From IMG/VR virus record IMGVR_UViG_3300033149_003115, positions 32,001 through 96,000 of that record: a DNA stretch of 64,000 nt; one strand, given 5' to 3'. Shown here in pieces: positions 37,812 to 48,199 of the stretch. The notes beneath the pieces were generated by a model, which saw only the letters and a program-made list of their open reading frames with translations, searched no databases and had not been told where the DNA came from. The DNA comes from a virus. The translations under genes and the position numbers were made by a program. The stretch's first letter is position 1; every line of letters starts with the position of its first letter.

Positions 37812-38984
37812 TTGGATATTCCTAAAGAGACACTGGAGAAGCTGTACTGGAGTGATAACCTCTCAGCTAGTGAAATAGCTGATAAGCTTGGTGTGTCTAA
37901 GAGCACTGTCCTAAGCTGGATGAGGAAATGTGGGATACCAAGACGTGATCTCTCAGACTCAGCTAAGCTGGCTAATCACAAGCTTAACCATAAGAACAAT
38001 GGGATGAGAGCTCATAATGAGATCATTGAAACACTAGATGGTATCCTTGACACACTGGAGGATTCTGTACCCACTGTCAGGTATGAGTCATCCCCAAAAG
38101 AGGACATCTATGTCTGTCTACCACTAAAGGTCCTGGAGTCTAAGAGAAGAGAGCAGCTATCCCTCACCCTGGTGTTGTCAGATCTACACCTTGGACATGA
38201 GTCTCACCTGCCTGAGACATACTGGAGCTGTGTTTATAACCTATCAAGAGTGTTGAGGGTGTTAAAGAAACACTACAAGATCACCAAGCTAGACATTGTG
38301 TGTAATGGGGACATAGTGTCTGGGAAGGATGTCTACAGGTACCAGATATTCCAGAACCTGGTACAGAGATCACACTGGCAGGTGTTCTTAGCTGAGAGGA
38401 TCATCAAGAGAACCATAGAGGAGATAGAGAAGGAATGTAAGGTCAACAGGGTGTACCTGATAAAGGGAACCCATGAGAGCCTTGAGAGCAACTTCATGTT
38501 ATACCTAAGGAAGTGCTTAGGAAACATTGCTAAGTATTCTAGCAAGTCACTGATCTTGAATGTAGCTGATCCCCTTGGGAACTACAATGTGTTGTTCACT
38601 CATGGGTATGGAGGCTCGAGCTACTACCCCTTTGGATTTAAGTTCATAAGAGATATGTGGAAAACAATAGCTGAGTACAAGAACATAGGGGTCCCAATAG
38701 AGAGGGTGATAAGTGGTCATTGTCACTGGCTAACACCTGATCTGGAGCTGGAGGGGATAAGGCTTAGCCAGAGTGGAGGGTTCCAGAAGTGGGAGTACAC
38801 TATTAACCAAAGACCGTCTGGGATGTTGTTGCTAGCTTGTAATGGGGATGAGTGTTCAGTCATCCCTATCAGACCTGATCCAGCCACTGAGGATGAGGAG
38901 AGGAATGACACTTCATTAGAGTATAAGAACATGAAGTATTACGCTCAGATGTTGAAGGATCATTTTAAGAGCTATGAGCTCTAA
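37812..38984 (+). CDS. HTH + calcineurin-like metallophosphoesterase
   Basis: EIADKLGVSKSTV; SDLHLG, NGD, GTHE, THG, GHCH. Confidence 0.85.
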   Translation: MDIPKETLEKLYWSDNLSASEIADKLGVSKSTVLSWMRKCGIPRRDLSDSAKLANHKLNHKNNGMRAHNEIIETLDGILDTLEDSVPTVRYESSPKEDIYVCLPLKVLESKRREQLSLTLVLSDLHLGHESHLPETYWSCVYNLSRVLRVLKKHYKITKLDIVCNGDIVSGKDVYRYQIFQNLVQRSHWQVFLAERIIKRTIEEIEKECKVNRVYLIKGTHESLESNFMLYLRKCLGNIAKYSSKSLILNVADPLGNYNVLFTHGYGGSSYYPFGFKFIRDMWKTIAEYKNIGVPIERVISGHCHWLTPDLELEGIRLSQSGGFQKWEYTINQRPSGMLLLACNGDECSVIPIRPDPATEDEERNDTSLEYKNMKYYAQMLKDHFKSYEL

Positions 38985-39003
38985 GACAAGATAGACAACA
39001 GAG

Positions 39004-39276
39004 GTGAACAGGATGATGAAGAGACCTTTAAAGGACAAGCTCCAGGATGAGGAATACCTCAGCTCACTAAGTGAGAGGAGACGTAGGGAGCTCCTGGTGT
39101 GTGGTAAGCTACTGACAGAGGAGGAACTTGAGTATTTCAGCTCCATTGACACTGCATACAAGATAGCTAGATCCAGGTATATCAGGAGCAGATTTGATGA
39201 GGAGATGGCTAGCAAGATACTGGAGAGAGGACATGTCCCAATATTCTTTAAAGACAAGATCCTAAATGAAGAGTAA
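39004..39276 (+). CDS. hypothetical protein
   Basis: ORF in operon. Confidence 0.5.
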   Translation: MNRMMKRPLKDKLQDEEYLSSLSERRRRELLVCGKLLTEEELEYFSSIDTAYKIARSRYIRSRFDEEMASKILERGHVPIFFKDKILNEE

Positions 39277-39320
39277 ATATAGATGACATCCGAATAGCTA
39301 GCTCAATATCTTTAGAGGAT

Positions 39321-41249
39321 ATGATGAATATGACTAAGAAGAAGAGAAGAGGTAAGAAAGACTACACCATCACCAGGAAAGATAGAAATAAGTTCAGAAT
39401 GTTATGGCACTCAGTCTCTCCTCAAATCAGGTCTGGGTATGGCAATGTGACAAGACAGCTATGTACCAGGTTTAAAGAGTATGGATATAATGTCACTGTT
39501 AGTGCTTACTATGGAGTAGAGCCTGGAGGAGTTCTCCTAATCAATGGGGTCCCTGTGTTACCCTCTAAGCAGGGGAGGTTTGGAGAGCTTAGCTGCTTAT
39601 ACTATTACAAGACCTTAAGGGCTAACATAGCATGGCTCATGTGCTATGATGATAAGACTGAAATACTCACTGATCAAGGGTTTAAGTTCTTTAGAAACCT
39701 GGATGGTACTGAGAAGGTGGTTCAATATAACAAGGAAAAAGACTACCTGGAGTATGTAAAACCATTGAGGTACTTTGTGTATCCATACACTGGTAAGATG
39801 TATAGTGTGGAGGGTAGAGATATCTCCTTGATGGTGACTCCCAATCATAAGATGTTAGTAAAGAAGAGAAACAGAGAGAAATACGAGTTTGAGCATCCTG
39901 ATCAAATAGTGGGGAAGAGGAGGAAATACCTTAAGATAGCCAGGTGGAAGGACTCTGATGAGAGGAGGATGAAAGCTAGAGAGCTATCCAAGGTACTTAA
40001 CAAGAGAATGTGGATCTGTAGTAATGGTGTTACCAAATGTCTGTCTACACTGGACAGGGAGAAGGCTGACTATTTCCAGGAGCTAGCTATTAAAGCTGGG
40101 TTTGTAGCTGATCAAAGCCTCAAGAGCAGCTCCTGGCATGATAGACCTTGGTATGTGATATCCATAAAGGGGAGAAGGAGCACTGAGGTCAGACCAAAAG
40201 AGGGAGTAGGGAAGGATGGGTGGGTGGATTACTCTGGACATGTGTACTCAGTTCAAGTACCATCTGGAGCTATCCTGGTAAGAAGAAATGGTAAGATAGT
40301 CATAAGTGGAAATTCAGACCCTTGGGCGTTTCATTGGTTTAGTGAGAAGCTCCCTTGCTCAGCTAGCTATGGTCCACTTGATCATGTTGGGTATCCTGAG
40401 GAGATACAGCATATCATGAGGGGTTTTGACTATAGAGTTAGTCCATCCAGGTTCCAGCAGAAAGAGTGGGCTAGCTATGATCCTCCAGTGGACTTTGAAT
40501 ACATCCCTCATGGAGTTGACACCTCAGTCTTCAAGCCAGTACCCAAGTCTAGAGCCAGGAAAGCACTGGGGTTGCCACAGGATGCCTTTATCTTTGGTAG
40601 TATATGTGCTAACTCTGACAAGGAGCATAGAAAGTCAGTTCCAGAGGTATTCCAAGCTCTAAAGATGTTCTTAGAGAGCAACCCAGATGTCAAGAGAGAC
40701 AGTATAAAGTACTTCTTGTTCTCTAACCCCAGGGATTCGAGAGGGCTACAGCTAGAGCTATTTGCCAGGAAGTACGGTGTCAGTGACATCACTATATTCC
40801 AGAACCCAATGTTGTTTGACACTGGGGTGAAGGAGAGTGAGCTTAACCTTATCTACAATAGCTTTGATGTCCTCCTCAACCCAGCCAGGAGAGGGGGTTT
40901 TGAGCTTGCTATCATAGAGGCAGCTGCTTGTGGTGTCCCAACCATAGCTCATGACTTCTCAGCTCCTCCTGAGCTTGTGAGGGGACATGGTTGGTTATGC
41001 AAGTCCAAGATGAGGACCTATACCCCGATCAATGCTATAACTGCCATACCTGATGTGAATGATCTGGCTAAGTGTGTGGAGAGGGCTTACTTCAATGACA
41101 AGGAGAGGAGGAAATATGGGAGAGACTCCAGGAAGTTCGCACTTGGTTTCAACTGGGATGACCTGGTAGCTGATCAATGGATCCCTCTGCTGGATAAGAT
41201 AGTTGAGGAGACCAAGCCAAGGAAGGTGACAGAAAGGAGGATAGCCTAA
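39321..41249 (+). CDS. GT-B (GT4-like) glycosyltransferase containing an intein
   Basis: SGYG, IPHGVD, GFELAIIEAAACGVPTI. Confidence 0.9.
   Translation: MMNMTKKKRRGKKDYTITRKDRNKFRMLWHSVSPQIRSGYGNVTRQLCTRFKEYGYNVTVSAYYGVEPGGVLLINGVPVLPSKQGRFGELSCLYYYKTLRANIAWLMCYDDKTEILTDQGFKFFRNLDGTEKVVQYNKEKDYLEYVKPLRYFVYPYTGKMYSVEGRDISLMVTPNHKMLVKKRNREKYEFEHPDQIVGKRRKYLKIARWKDSDERRMKARELSKVLNKRMWICSNGVTKCLSTLDREKADYFQELAIKAGFVADQSLKSSSWHDRPWYVISIKGRRSTEVRPKEGVGKDGWVDYSGHVYSVQVPSGAILVRRNGKIVISGNSDPWAFHWFSEKLPCSASYGPLDHVGYPEEIQHIMRGFDYRVSPSRFQQKEWASYDPPVDFEYIPHGVDTSVFKPVPKSRARKALGLPQDAFIFGSICANSDKEHRKSVPEVFQALKMFLESNPDVKRDSIKYFLFSNPRDSRGLQLELFARKYGVSDITIFQNPMLFDTGVKESELNLIYNSFDVLLNPARRGGFELAIIEAAACGVPTIAHDFSAPPELVRGHGWLCKSKMRTYTPINAITAIPDVNDLAKCVERAYFNDKERRKYGRDSRKFALGFNWDDLVADQWIPLLDKIVEETKPRKVTERRIA
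39642..40313 (+). mobile_element. intein (224 aa, degenerate endonuclease region)
   Basis: Block A CYDDKTEILT, block B VTPNH, block F/G YSVQVPSG...RRNGKIVISGN followed by Ser+1. Confidence 0.9.
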
Positions 41250-41250
41250 G

Positions 41251-43179
41251 TTGTCTAAGTCCGTAATGATAGGGGTGCCAGTGAAGAATGCAGCTAGGTG
41301 GTTACCAACATCACTGGACATAATAGAGAGGTTCACCTATCCCAAAGAGGATCTCAGGGTGGTCTTTGAGTACTCTAAGTCATCTGATGACACACTGAAG
41401 ATCCTTAAGAAGTACCTGAAGAGGACCAGGATCCAGGCTGAGATATACCAGGAGCCCTATGATCCAGCTCTGAGGAAGCTTGGGATACAAATGGGAGCTG
41501 TCATCTACAATGACTTCCAGACCTTGCTGGATGAGGACTACTTCATGTTGTTTGATTGTGATATATGTGATGCTCCCAGGGATCTCATAGAGAGGCTGAT
41601 GAGCATAGGTGAGGACATAGTGGCTCCATACCCCTGGAACGAGGGGTACTCTCACTTCTATGACACATGGATCTTCAGGATAGGGAACAAGAGGTTTCAT
41701 CCCCTTGCTCCTCCAGGGATAGGGATGAGCACTCCAATAGAGGTTGATTCTGTTGGGACATGTTTCCTGTCTACCAGGGAGGCATTTAGGGATACTCCTA
41801 TCCTGAACCCATACCCTAACCTCTCCTATTGTAACAATGCAAGGCGTAGAGGGTACAGGGTCCTGGCTGTGCCATATGTGGAGGTGTTCCATAGAGACCT
41901 AGCTGGGATGGGGATAGTTCACAACCCCTTACCTCCTAAGATGGGAGGTTACCCAGCCAGTAGCTGGGCTACTGCTCTTGACCCTGTGATAGACCTGGAT
42001 GGGAACATCGTCACACCTTACTCCTTTAATTTCAGTGACAAGGTGGAGATACAGAGGGTGGAGAGGGAGGTTGCACTCAGAGCCATCAAGCAGTACTTCA
42101 CCACTCCATTCTGTAAGGAGAGAGGGAAGAGCCTGAGGTGGATGTATAATCTCTCACATTTTGGAGCTTTCTGGATGACACGTGATCCTCAGCTCCTGGA
42201 TCTCATGTATAGGAACGAGATGTACCCCAGCTACATTGAAATAGAGCTCACTAACAAATGTCCATATAAGTGTGTGCACTGTGAAAGGACACACTGGGGT
42301 GATGACATAGAGCTTAGGAACATGACATGGGATGAGTTCCTGCTCATAATGAGGTCTTTCCCCAATCTCAAGCAATGCTCGTTCACTGGGATAGGAGATC
42401 CATGGCTTAACCCAATATTCCTTGATGCTATCAAGTATGTGAAGGAGAGGGATGTGTACTTTGAGCAGTATGACACATTCCAGCACTGGAGCAGGGACTC
42501 CATTGAAAAGATGGTGGAGTGGGGTGTGGAGAGGCTATTTGTGTCATTGGATGCAGCTACCAAAGAGACATATGAGAAGGTGAGGAAGGGACATAGCTGG
42601 GACAGGATGATAAGAAATGTTAAGCTGTTTGATGAGATAAAAAAAGAGCATGGATCTGTGTACCCTGAGATCAACTTTCATTTTGTGATTGATGCTCTGA
42701 ACATTCATGAGGCACTGGACTGTGTGGACTTTGTAAAGTCCCTTGACATAGACAATGGGTTTATCCAGTACTCCAGGCTGTTGCACATGTATCCTGAGAT
42801 AAATGATCTCTATGTTGATATCCCAGAGGATCTCTGTGATAAGATAAGGAGGAAAGGAAGGGACGAGGGTATCCCAATAGCCTGGAATGCTGATGTTAAC
42901 CCCAACCTTCCTCCAATGTCAAAGTGTGCAGCTCTGTTCCAGCCCTTCTTCTTTGCTAATGGTGATGTCATAGTCTGTTGTGCTCAACATGAGGGTAATA
43001 GGAGGAAATGGGAGCAGTCCATGAGGATGGGGAACATATTTGAGGCTAAGGACTTTAAGAAGATATGGTATGGGGAGAGATACAGAAGACTAAGAAGGGA
43101 GCTGAGAGAGGGGGTGTGCCCAGAGCCATGTGTTGGGTGTCCCATATACAAGCAACCCTCTGAGGTGAGGATGTGGTAA
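41251..43179 (+). CDS. GT-A (Anp1/GT2-like) glycosyltransferase fused to radical SAM/SPASM
   Basis: GVPVKN, FDCD, EVDSVGT; CPYKCVHC; GDVIVCC; C-terminal CxxC. Confidence 0.85.
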   Translation: MSKSVMIGVPVKNAARWLPTSLDIIERFTYPKEDLRVVFEYSKSSDDTLKILKKYLKRTRIQAEIYQEPYDPALRKLGIQMGAVIYNDFQTLLDEDYFMLFDCDICDAPRDLIERLMSIGEDIVAPYPWNEGYSHFYDTWIFRIGNKRFHPLAPPGIGMSTPIEVDSVGTCFLSTREAFRDTPILNPYPNLSYCNNARRRGYRVLAVPYVEVFHRDLAGMGIVHNPLPPKMGGYPASSWATALDPVIDLDGNIVTPYSFNFSDKVEIQRVEREVALRAIKQYFTTPFCKERGKSLRWMYNLSHFGAFWMTRDPQLLDLMYRNEMYPSYIEIELTNKCPYKCVHCERTHWGDDIELRNMTWDEFLLIMRSFPNLKQCSFTGIGDPWLNPIFLDAIKYVKERDVYFEQYDTFQHWSRDSIEKMVEWGVERLFVSLDAATKETYEKVRKGHSWDRMIRNVKLFDEIKKEHGSVYPEINFHFVIDALNIHEALDCVDFVKSLDIDNGFIQYSRLLHMYPEINDLYVDIPEDLCDKIRRKGRDEGIPIAWNADVNPNLPPMSKCAALFQPFFFANGDVIVCCAQHEGNRRKWEQSMRMGNIFEAKDFKKIWYGERYRRLRRELREGVCPEPCVGCPIYKQPSEVRMW

Positions 43180-44243
43180 CATCTATGGAACTGATCCCGT
43201 CTCCAAGATATGCCCTGGTTGAGATAACCTGGAACTGTAACCTTAACTGTGTGATGTGTCCGAGGAACATATGTGGGTACAAGATGGGTACCAAGCCTCA
43301 CATGTCCCTGGAGAGGTTCAGAGGAATCCTGGATAGTATCCCAACCTTGAGGAACATCAATATGGCTGGATGTGGGGAGCCATTATATCATCCTGAGTTC
43401 CATGAGATGGCTAGGGAGTGTGTGGATAGGGACATTGAGATAACTCTCACCAGTAATGGGACTCTGTTGTCAAGATCAAACATAGAGAAGATACCAAGAA
43501 GTGGAAAGGTCAGGATGCATGTCTCCATAGACTCTCCTGTTCCAGGGATATACAAGAAGTATAGAAGAGTTGATCTGAGCCTGGTGCTGAGGAACCTTGA
43601 GAGGCTGAAGAGGATAAGACCAGACATTGAACTTACCATTCAACCCTTGATAATGAGGGATACTTTGCCAGACATGAGGAAGATAATCCCTATAGCCAGG
43701 AGGTATGATGCCAGGCTATCCCCTATTTATCCAATAGCTTTTAGCAAGGATGATGAGGAGAGGCTACATCCCTTCTCCATGGAGGACTTTGATAAGATGA
43801 TGACCAATCTTCATTATCTCAGTGATCACTTTGGTGTCCCAATATATGAGAAGCCATCTTACCCAACCCCTAAGGACTGTGTGGAGCCATTTGTAGGACC
43901 AGTGATCTCAGTGAAGGGAGAGATCTTTGGATGCTGCTATGCCTATGAGGCTAGGAGATACTCAGCTACCCCCAGGTACTGGGATGAATACTACAGGGGG
44001 AAACATATCAGAGTTCCTCAACATGACTACTTGTTTGGGAACATCTTCAAGGATGACTTTAAAGAGGTATGGAGAGGGGATGAGTACAGGGATCTCAGGA
44101 GGACACTGATGAATCTGAGGAAACACGAGATGACACATCCATATAACCTGGATCAATACATGATCCTGAGGGACCAGTCCAACATAAAGAAGAGGTTTGA
44201 CTATTGCTCCATGTGTTTGTGGAGATGGAACCAAGCCTGCTAA
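43173..44243 (+). CDS. radical SAM/SPASM protein
   Basis: CNLNCVMC, GEP, TSNG, GEIFGCC. Confidence 0.9.
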   Translation: MVTSMELIPSPRYALVEITWNCNLNCVMCPRNICGYKMGTKPHMSLERFRGILDSIPTLRNINMAGCGEPLYHPEFHEMARECVDRDIEITLTSNGTLLSRSNIEKIPRSGKVRMHVSIDSPVPGIYKKYRRVDLSLVLRNLERLKRIRPDIELTIQPLIMRDTLPDMRKIIPIARRYDARLSPIYPIAFSKDDEERLHPFSMEDFDKMMTNLHYLSDHFGVPIYEKPSYPTPKDCVEPFVGPVISVKGEIFGCCYAYEARRYSATPRYWDEYYRGKHIRVPQHDYLFGNIFKDDFKEVWRGDEYRDLRRTLMNLRKHEMTHPYNLDQYMILRDQSNIKKRFDYCSMCLWRWNQAC

Positions 44244-44246
44244 GAT

Positions 44247-45320
44247 GTGATGATGATGTATAACCCTTATCCCTACCCAACTGACTATATCCTGGAGACC
44301 AACACTAATTGTAACCTGAGATGTGTGTGTTGTGCCAGGAGGTTCACTGACATGACACATGAGCCAATGTCCCTGAGAGATGTCAAGAGGATAGTCAAGA
44401 AGCTACCATGGTCCAGGATATTCAGGATAGGGGTCCAGGGTGAGCCTCTTATCTACCCTGAGAACTTTGACATAATGGAGTACATGAGGAAGCTACACAA
44501 GATGTGTACCATCACCACCAATGGGACTATGTTGACAGATGACAAGATAGTGAAATCCATACCCTCCAATGTCAAGGTGATGTACATATCTGTGGATGCT
44601 GGGTCACCTGAGGTGTATAAGGAGTACAGAGGATGGAGGTTTGATAAGTGGAAGGAGGGAGTGATCAACCTCAGGAGGCTCAGACCAGAGATACAAGTCC
44701 AGATCAACTACCTGTTGTTCAAGGGTAACCTGACAGATGTCCCAAAGATGCTGGAGTTCTGCTCAGAGCATGGGCTGAGCTTGTCCAGTACGTTCCCTGT
44801 CATCTTCATGGAGGAGATATCCAGACAGCATGATGCCTTCTGGTTGGAGAACTTACCTAATATAATACACCATAACCTGAAATATGCTAAGTTTCTGGGG
44901 GTTCCCTACTTGTGCTCTACTGGTAGGCTGAGGTGGAGGAGATGTGTGATCCCCTGGGTACAACCCTTGATCGGGATACAGGGAGATGTGTATGTTGACT
45001 TCTTCATTTATCAGCTTAGGAACTACGATAGGAATGGTCCTGTCATCTGGAGGGAGTACTTCAGGGACAAGTATAAGGAGGTACCTCAGCATGAGTATAT
45101 TATGGGTAACATTCTGGAGGATGATTGGAGAACCATCTGGAACAATAGCTACACTCCCTTCCTCCTCAAGCTGGACTCTCTGAACAACATGAAGATAAGC
45201 TCTAAGATGTTCTCCAAGATGTATGAGGAGTACCCAGTGAAATATGATCAGGACAACCCAAGATGTTCTGGCTGGGAGTACTGTAAGATATGTGGGAGAA
45301 GATGGGGGTACAGCTACTAG
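44247..45320 (+). CDS. radical SAM/SPASM protein, paralog of 43173..44243
   Basis: CNLRCVCC; shared WxEYxxxKxxxVPQHxY insert. Confidence 0.9.
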   Translation: MMMMYNPYPYPTDYILETNTNCNLRCVCCARRFTDMTHEPMSLRDVKRIVKKLPWSRIFRIGVQGEPLIYPENFDIMEYMRKLHKMCTITTNGTMLTDDKIVKSIPSNVKVMYISVDAGSPEVYKEYRGWRFDKWKEGVINLRRLRPEIQVQINYLLFKGNLTDVPKMLEFCSEHGLSLSSTFPVIFMEEISRQHDAFWLENLPNIIHHNLKYAKFLGVPYLCSTGRLRWRRCVIPWVQPLIGIQGDVYVDFFIYQLRNYDRNGPVIWREYFRDKYKEVPQHEYIMGNILEDDWRTIWNNSYTPFLLKLDSLNNMKISSKMFSKMYEEYPVKYDQDNPRCSGWEYCKICGRRWGYSY

Positions 45321-45327
45321 GGTGAAG

Positions 45328-46170
45328 ATGATGGGTATCTCAGGTAAGCTGAGGATCCTGAGACCAGGCTTGTGGTATAGGAATATTATCTCCCTTGTCC
45401 CCCTTGTCCTCACAAGCAACCTGTGTGATCTCTCTCTCTATCCTCTGCTCTTTGTGAGGCTTGTATTGCTTTGTATGGCATCCAGTGTTGGGTATGTCAT
45501 AAATGACATCCTGGATCATGAGAGTGATAAGGCTAACCCTGACAAGGCACATAGACCCTTGGTGTCTGGGGATATCAGTAGAGCAGAGGCTCTCCTGCTG
45601 GGTGGGTCCCTTGGGTGCCTAGTGTTGGTGTTGTCCTGGTTGCTCAGCTCAATGTACCCACCTCTGATCATGTTGAACACTGCTCTTTATTCGTTGCTTC
45701 TCAGGGATATCCCAGTGGTTGATATCATCTCCATATCATCTAACTATGTCTTCAGGATCATGGAGGGGTACTCGGTAGTTGGAAGTGGAGTGGATCACAA
45801 TGTGATCCTAACAGCTTTCTTCTTTGCAATGCTGATGAGCTCTGGGAAGAGGATAGGGGAGTACACCCTACTAGGGGAGAAGGGGAGAGAGCACAGGATG
45901 ACCTTGACAAGAGGATACATCAATCTCCTAGCAAGGATGTGCTTGGTGTTCTCATCATTGTTCATGTTGTTCTTGATCATGGCTCTTGGACACTGGGGTG
46001 TGATCATCTCACCAATGGTGATCTGGATGTTATACAAGTATCTGAGGTTAGTGGGAGATGATCCCATAAAGGTGAGGAGACCAGACACCCTGATGAAGGA
46101 TAGGGTGTTTGGATGTTTGTTTGTAGCTGTGTCCTTGATAGTACTGGCTCATTATTCTGGAGTGATATGA
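45328..46170 (+). CDS. UbiA-family prenyltransferase (polyprenyl-phosphate phosphoribosyltransferase-like)
   Basis: LRPGLWYRN, YVINDILDHESD, KAHRPLVSG, GKRIGE; multi-TM. Confidence 0.85.
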   Translation: MMGISGKLRILRPGLWYRNIISLVPLVLTSNLCDLSLYPLLFVRLVLLCMASSVGYVINDILDHESDKANPDKAHRPLVSGDISRAEALLLGGSLGCLVLVLSWLLSSMYPPLIMLNTALYSLLLRDIPVVDIISISSNYVFRIMEGYSVVGSGVDHNVILTAFFFAMLMSSGKRIGEYTLLGEKGREHRMTLTRGYINLLARMCLVFSSLFMLFLIMALGHWGVIISPMVIWMLYKYLRLVGDDPIKVRRPDTLMKDRVFGCLFVAVSLIVLAHYSGVI

Positions 46171-47237
46171 CCTTGGTATCTGTGGTTATTCCAGTTAGGA
46201 ATGAGGAGAGGAGCATAGCATCCGTAATAGAGGATGTCATGTCATGTAGTGAGGTTGAGGAGATCATAGTGGTTGACAATGCATCCTCAGACAGGACAGT
46301 GGAGATAGCCAGGAGGTATCCAGCTATCATCATCAGGCATGGGAGAGATCTAGGATACATGAGATCTATCCAGGATGGGTGTGTAGCTGCATCACGTGAC
46401 AGGGTACTGATCATGGATGGGGATGGTCAGTACAGGATGGACAGATCAATATTTGGATCTGATGAGGACCTGATCACTGGAGCTAAGGTGGATAGAAAGG
46501 ACAGTGCTCTCAGGGTGTTGTTTTCAAGCATCATGAACCTGATAGTCAGGGTGATGTTTCACCTGGATCTTAGAGATAGCAACTGTGGGTACAAGCTGAT
46601 CAAAGAAGATCTCCTATGGATGGTGGTGAGCCTGAGCAAGCTAAAGTACACCCCTCTCACGGAGCTTTGTATCCTTGCACACAGATATGGGTACAACATC
46701 AAGGAGATCCCGATTAGGCACTACCCAAGGAGACATGGTAAGAGCAAGATCTTTACAAGCTTGATGAGATCTGGGATCCTCACACTACTTGGGTTGTTGA
46801 GGATGTGGTGTGATGACAAGAGAGACTTGGTATCTGGGTTCTTGATCTCGAGGACAAGGAATCTAAGGAGGATCAACCACTCGAAGATCCTTAAGTATCT
46901 GTATGTCGGAGGGAGAGGACACAAACAATTCCCAATAGAGATAGATACCAGAGCTCACATGGAGGAGGGATCCTATGTTCATCCTCTCGTTCTGAACAAG
47001 TATGTTGAGGCATTAGCTAGAAGCTTGGCATACAAGAAAGATGTGCTAGTGTTCTGTGACAAAGGGAGGGGTAGATCTGTGATGGTTGTTTGTGGGTACC
47101 TGATGAGGTTTCTAAGGATGACATGGGTTGAAGCTTACAGGTTTCTAAAGAACAGACACCCCCAGTCGTATCTAACAAGAGAGCAGTTCAGGTCTCTAAG
47201 GGAGTATGAGAAGATCATTGAGGAGGGGATGAGATGA
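46167..47237 (+). CDS. GT2 (Dol-P-glycosyltransferase-like) fused to dual-specificity phosphatase
   Basis: SVVIPVRNE, VVDNASSD, MDGDGQ, DSNCGYK; CDKGRGRS (CX5R). Confidence 0.85.
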   Translation: MTLVSVVIPVRNEERSIASVIEDVMSCSEVEEIIVVDNASSDRTVEIARRYPAIIIRHGRDLGYMRSIQDGCVAASRDRVLIMDGDGQYRMDRSIFGSDEDLITGAKVDRKDSALRVLFSSIMNLIVRVMFHLDLRDSNCGYKLIKEDLLWMVVSLSKLKYTPLTELCILAHRYGYNIKEIPIRHYPRRHGKSKIFTSLMRSGILTLLGLLRMWCDDKRDLVSGFLISRTRNLRRINHSKILKYLYVGGRGHKQFPIEIDTRAHMEEGSYVHPLVLNKYVEALARSLAYKKDVLVFCDKGRGRSVMVVCGYLMRFLRMTWVEAYRFLKNRHPQSYLTREQFRSLREYEKIIEEGMR

Positions 47238-48199
47238 GATTGCTTGTTAGTGGGTATCCTGGCTGGTTGTGCACGAGGCTGGTTGAGAGAGTGCTTAAGG
47301 AGCACAAAGACTGGAGCCTTAGATGCTTGACCTTGAGAGGTTCCCCAAATCCATTAAAGGCTGATGTGGTTAGTGGTGATGTCAGGGATCTCTATACCCT
47401 GGTTGAGGCAACAAAGGACATAGATCTGGTTGTTCATGCAGCTGGGATCATACATGGTAGACCAAAGACATTGATGGATGTGAACGCTCAGGGAACTTTA
47501 AATATGCTCAAGGCATGTGAGCATAACAATGTCAAGAGGATCATCTATATATCAAGTAACTCAGCAACAGGACACACCAGAGACAAGACACTGATGGATG
47601 AGGGTACGTTCAGGGAGCCTTATCTGACATATGGTAAGAGCAAGTGGCTAGCTGAGGAGTATGTGAGGGGGTACTGGGAATCTAGAAAGATTGATGGCAT
47701 AATACTAAAGCCATGCTGGTATTATGGTCCAAATCAACCAGGACGACAGACTAAGCTGTTTAGGATGATAAAGTCTGGGAGACCTCTGATCCTTGGTGAT
47801 GGGAGGAATATTAGATCAATGACCTACATAGACAACCTGGTGGATGCTATCTTCCTGGCATCCAGGAGTGACACCTGGAACACCACGTACTGGATAGCGG
47901 ATGAGAGACCCTACACCACGGATGAGATCTACGAGACCATAGCTGATCTCCTGGGGGTGAAGAGATACAACCCTGTTCATCTGCCAGGTCTAATATCCAG
48001 GGTAGCCAGAGCTGGGGATAAGGTCCTTCAGATGCTGGGGATGTACTCTCAGTATGTTCATGTGGCTGGTGAGATGACTCTGAACATAGCATGTGATATC
48101 TCCAAAGCCAGGAGAGAGCTTGGGTATGAGCCAGGGGTCTCCCTGAGGGACGGGATGAGGAGATCTATTAGATGGTGTGAGAGGAGAGGGTTGATATGA
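47234..48199 (+). CDS. NAD-dependent epimerase/dehydratase (extended SDR)
   Basis: SGYPGWL, HAAG, YGKSK. Confidence 0.85.
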   Translation: MRLLVSGYPGWLCTRLVERVLKEHKDWSLRCLTLRGSPNPLKADVVSGDVRDLYTLVEATKDIDLVVHAAGIIHGRPKTLMDVNAQGTLNMLKACEHNNVKRIIYISSNSATGHTRDKTLMDEGTFREPYLTYGKSKWLAEEYVRGYWESRKIDGIILKPCWYYGPNQPGRQTKLFRMIKSGRPLILGDGRNIRSMTYIDNLVDAIFLASRSDTWNTTYWIADERPYTTDEIYETIADLLGVKRYNPVHLPGLISRVARAGDKVLQMLGMYSQYVHVAGEMTLNIACDISKARRELGYEPGVSLRDGMRRSIRWCERRGLI

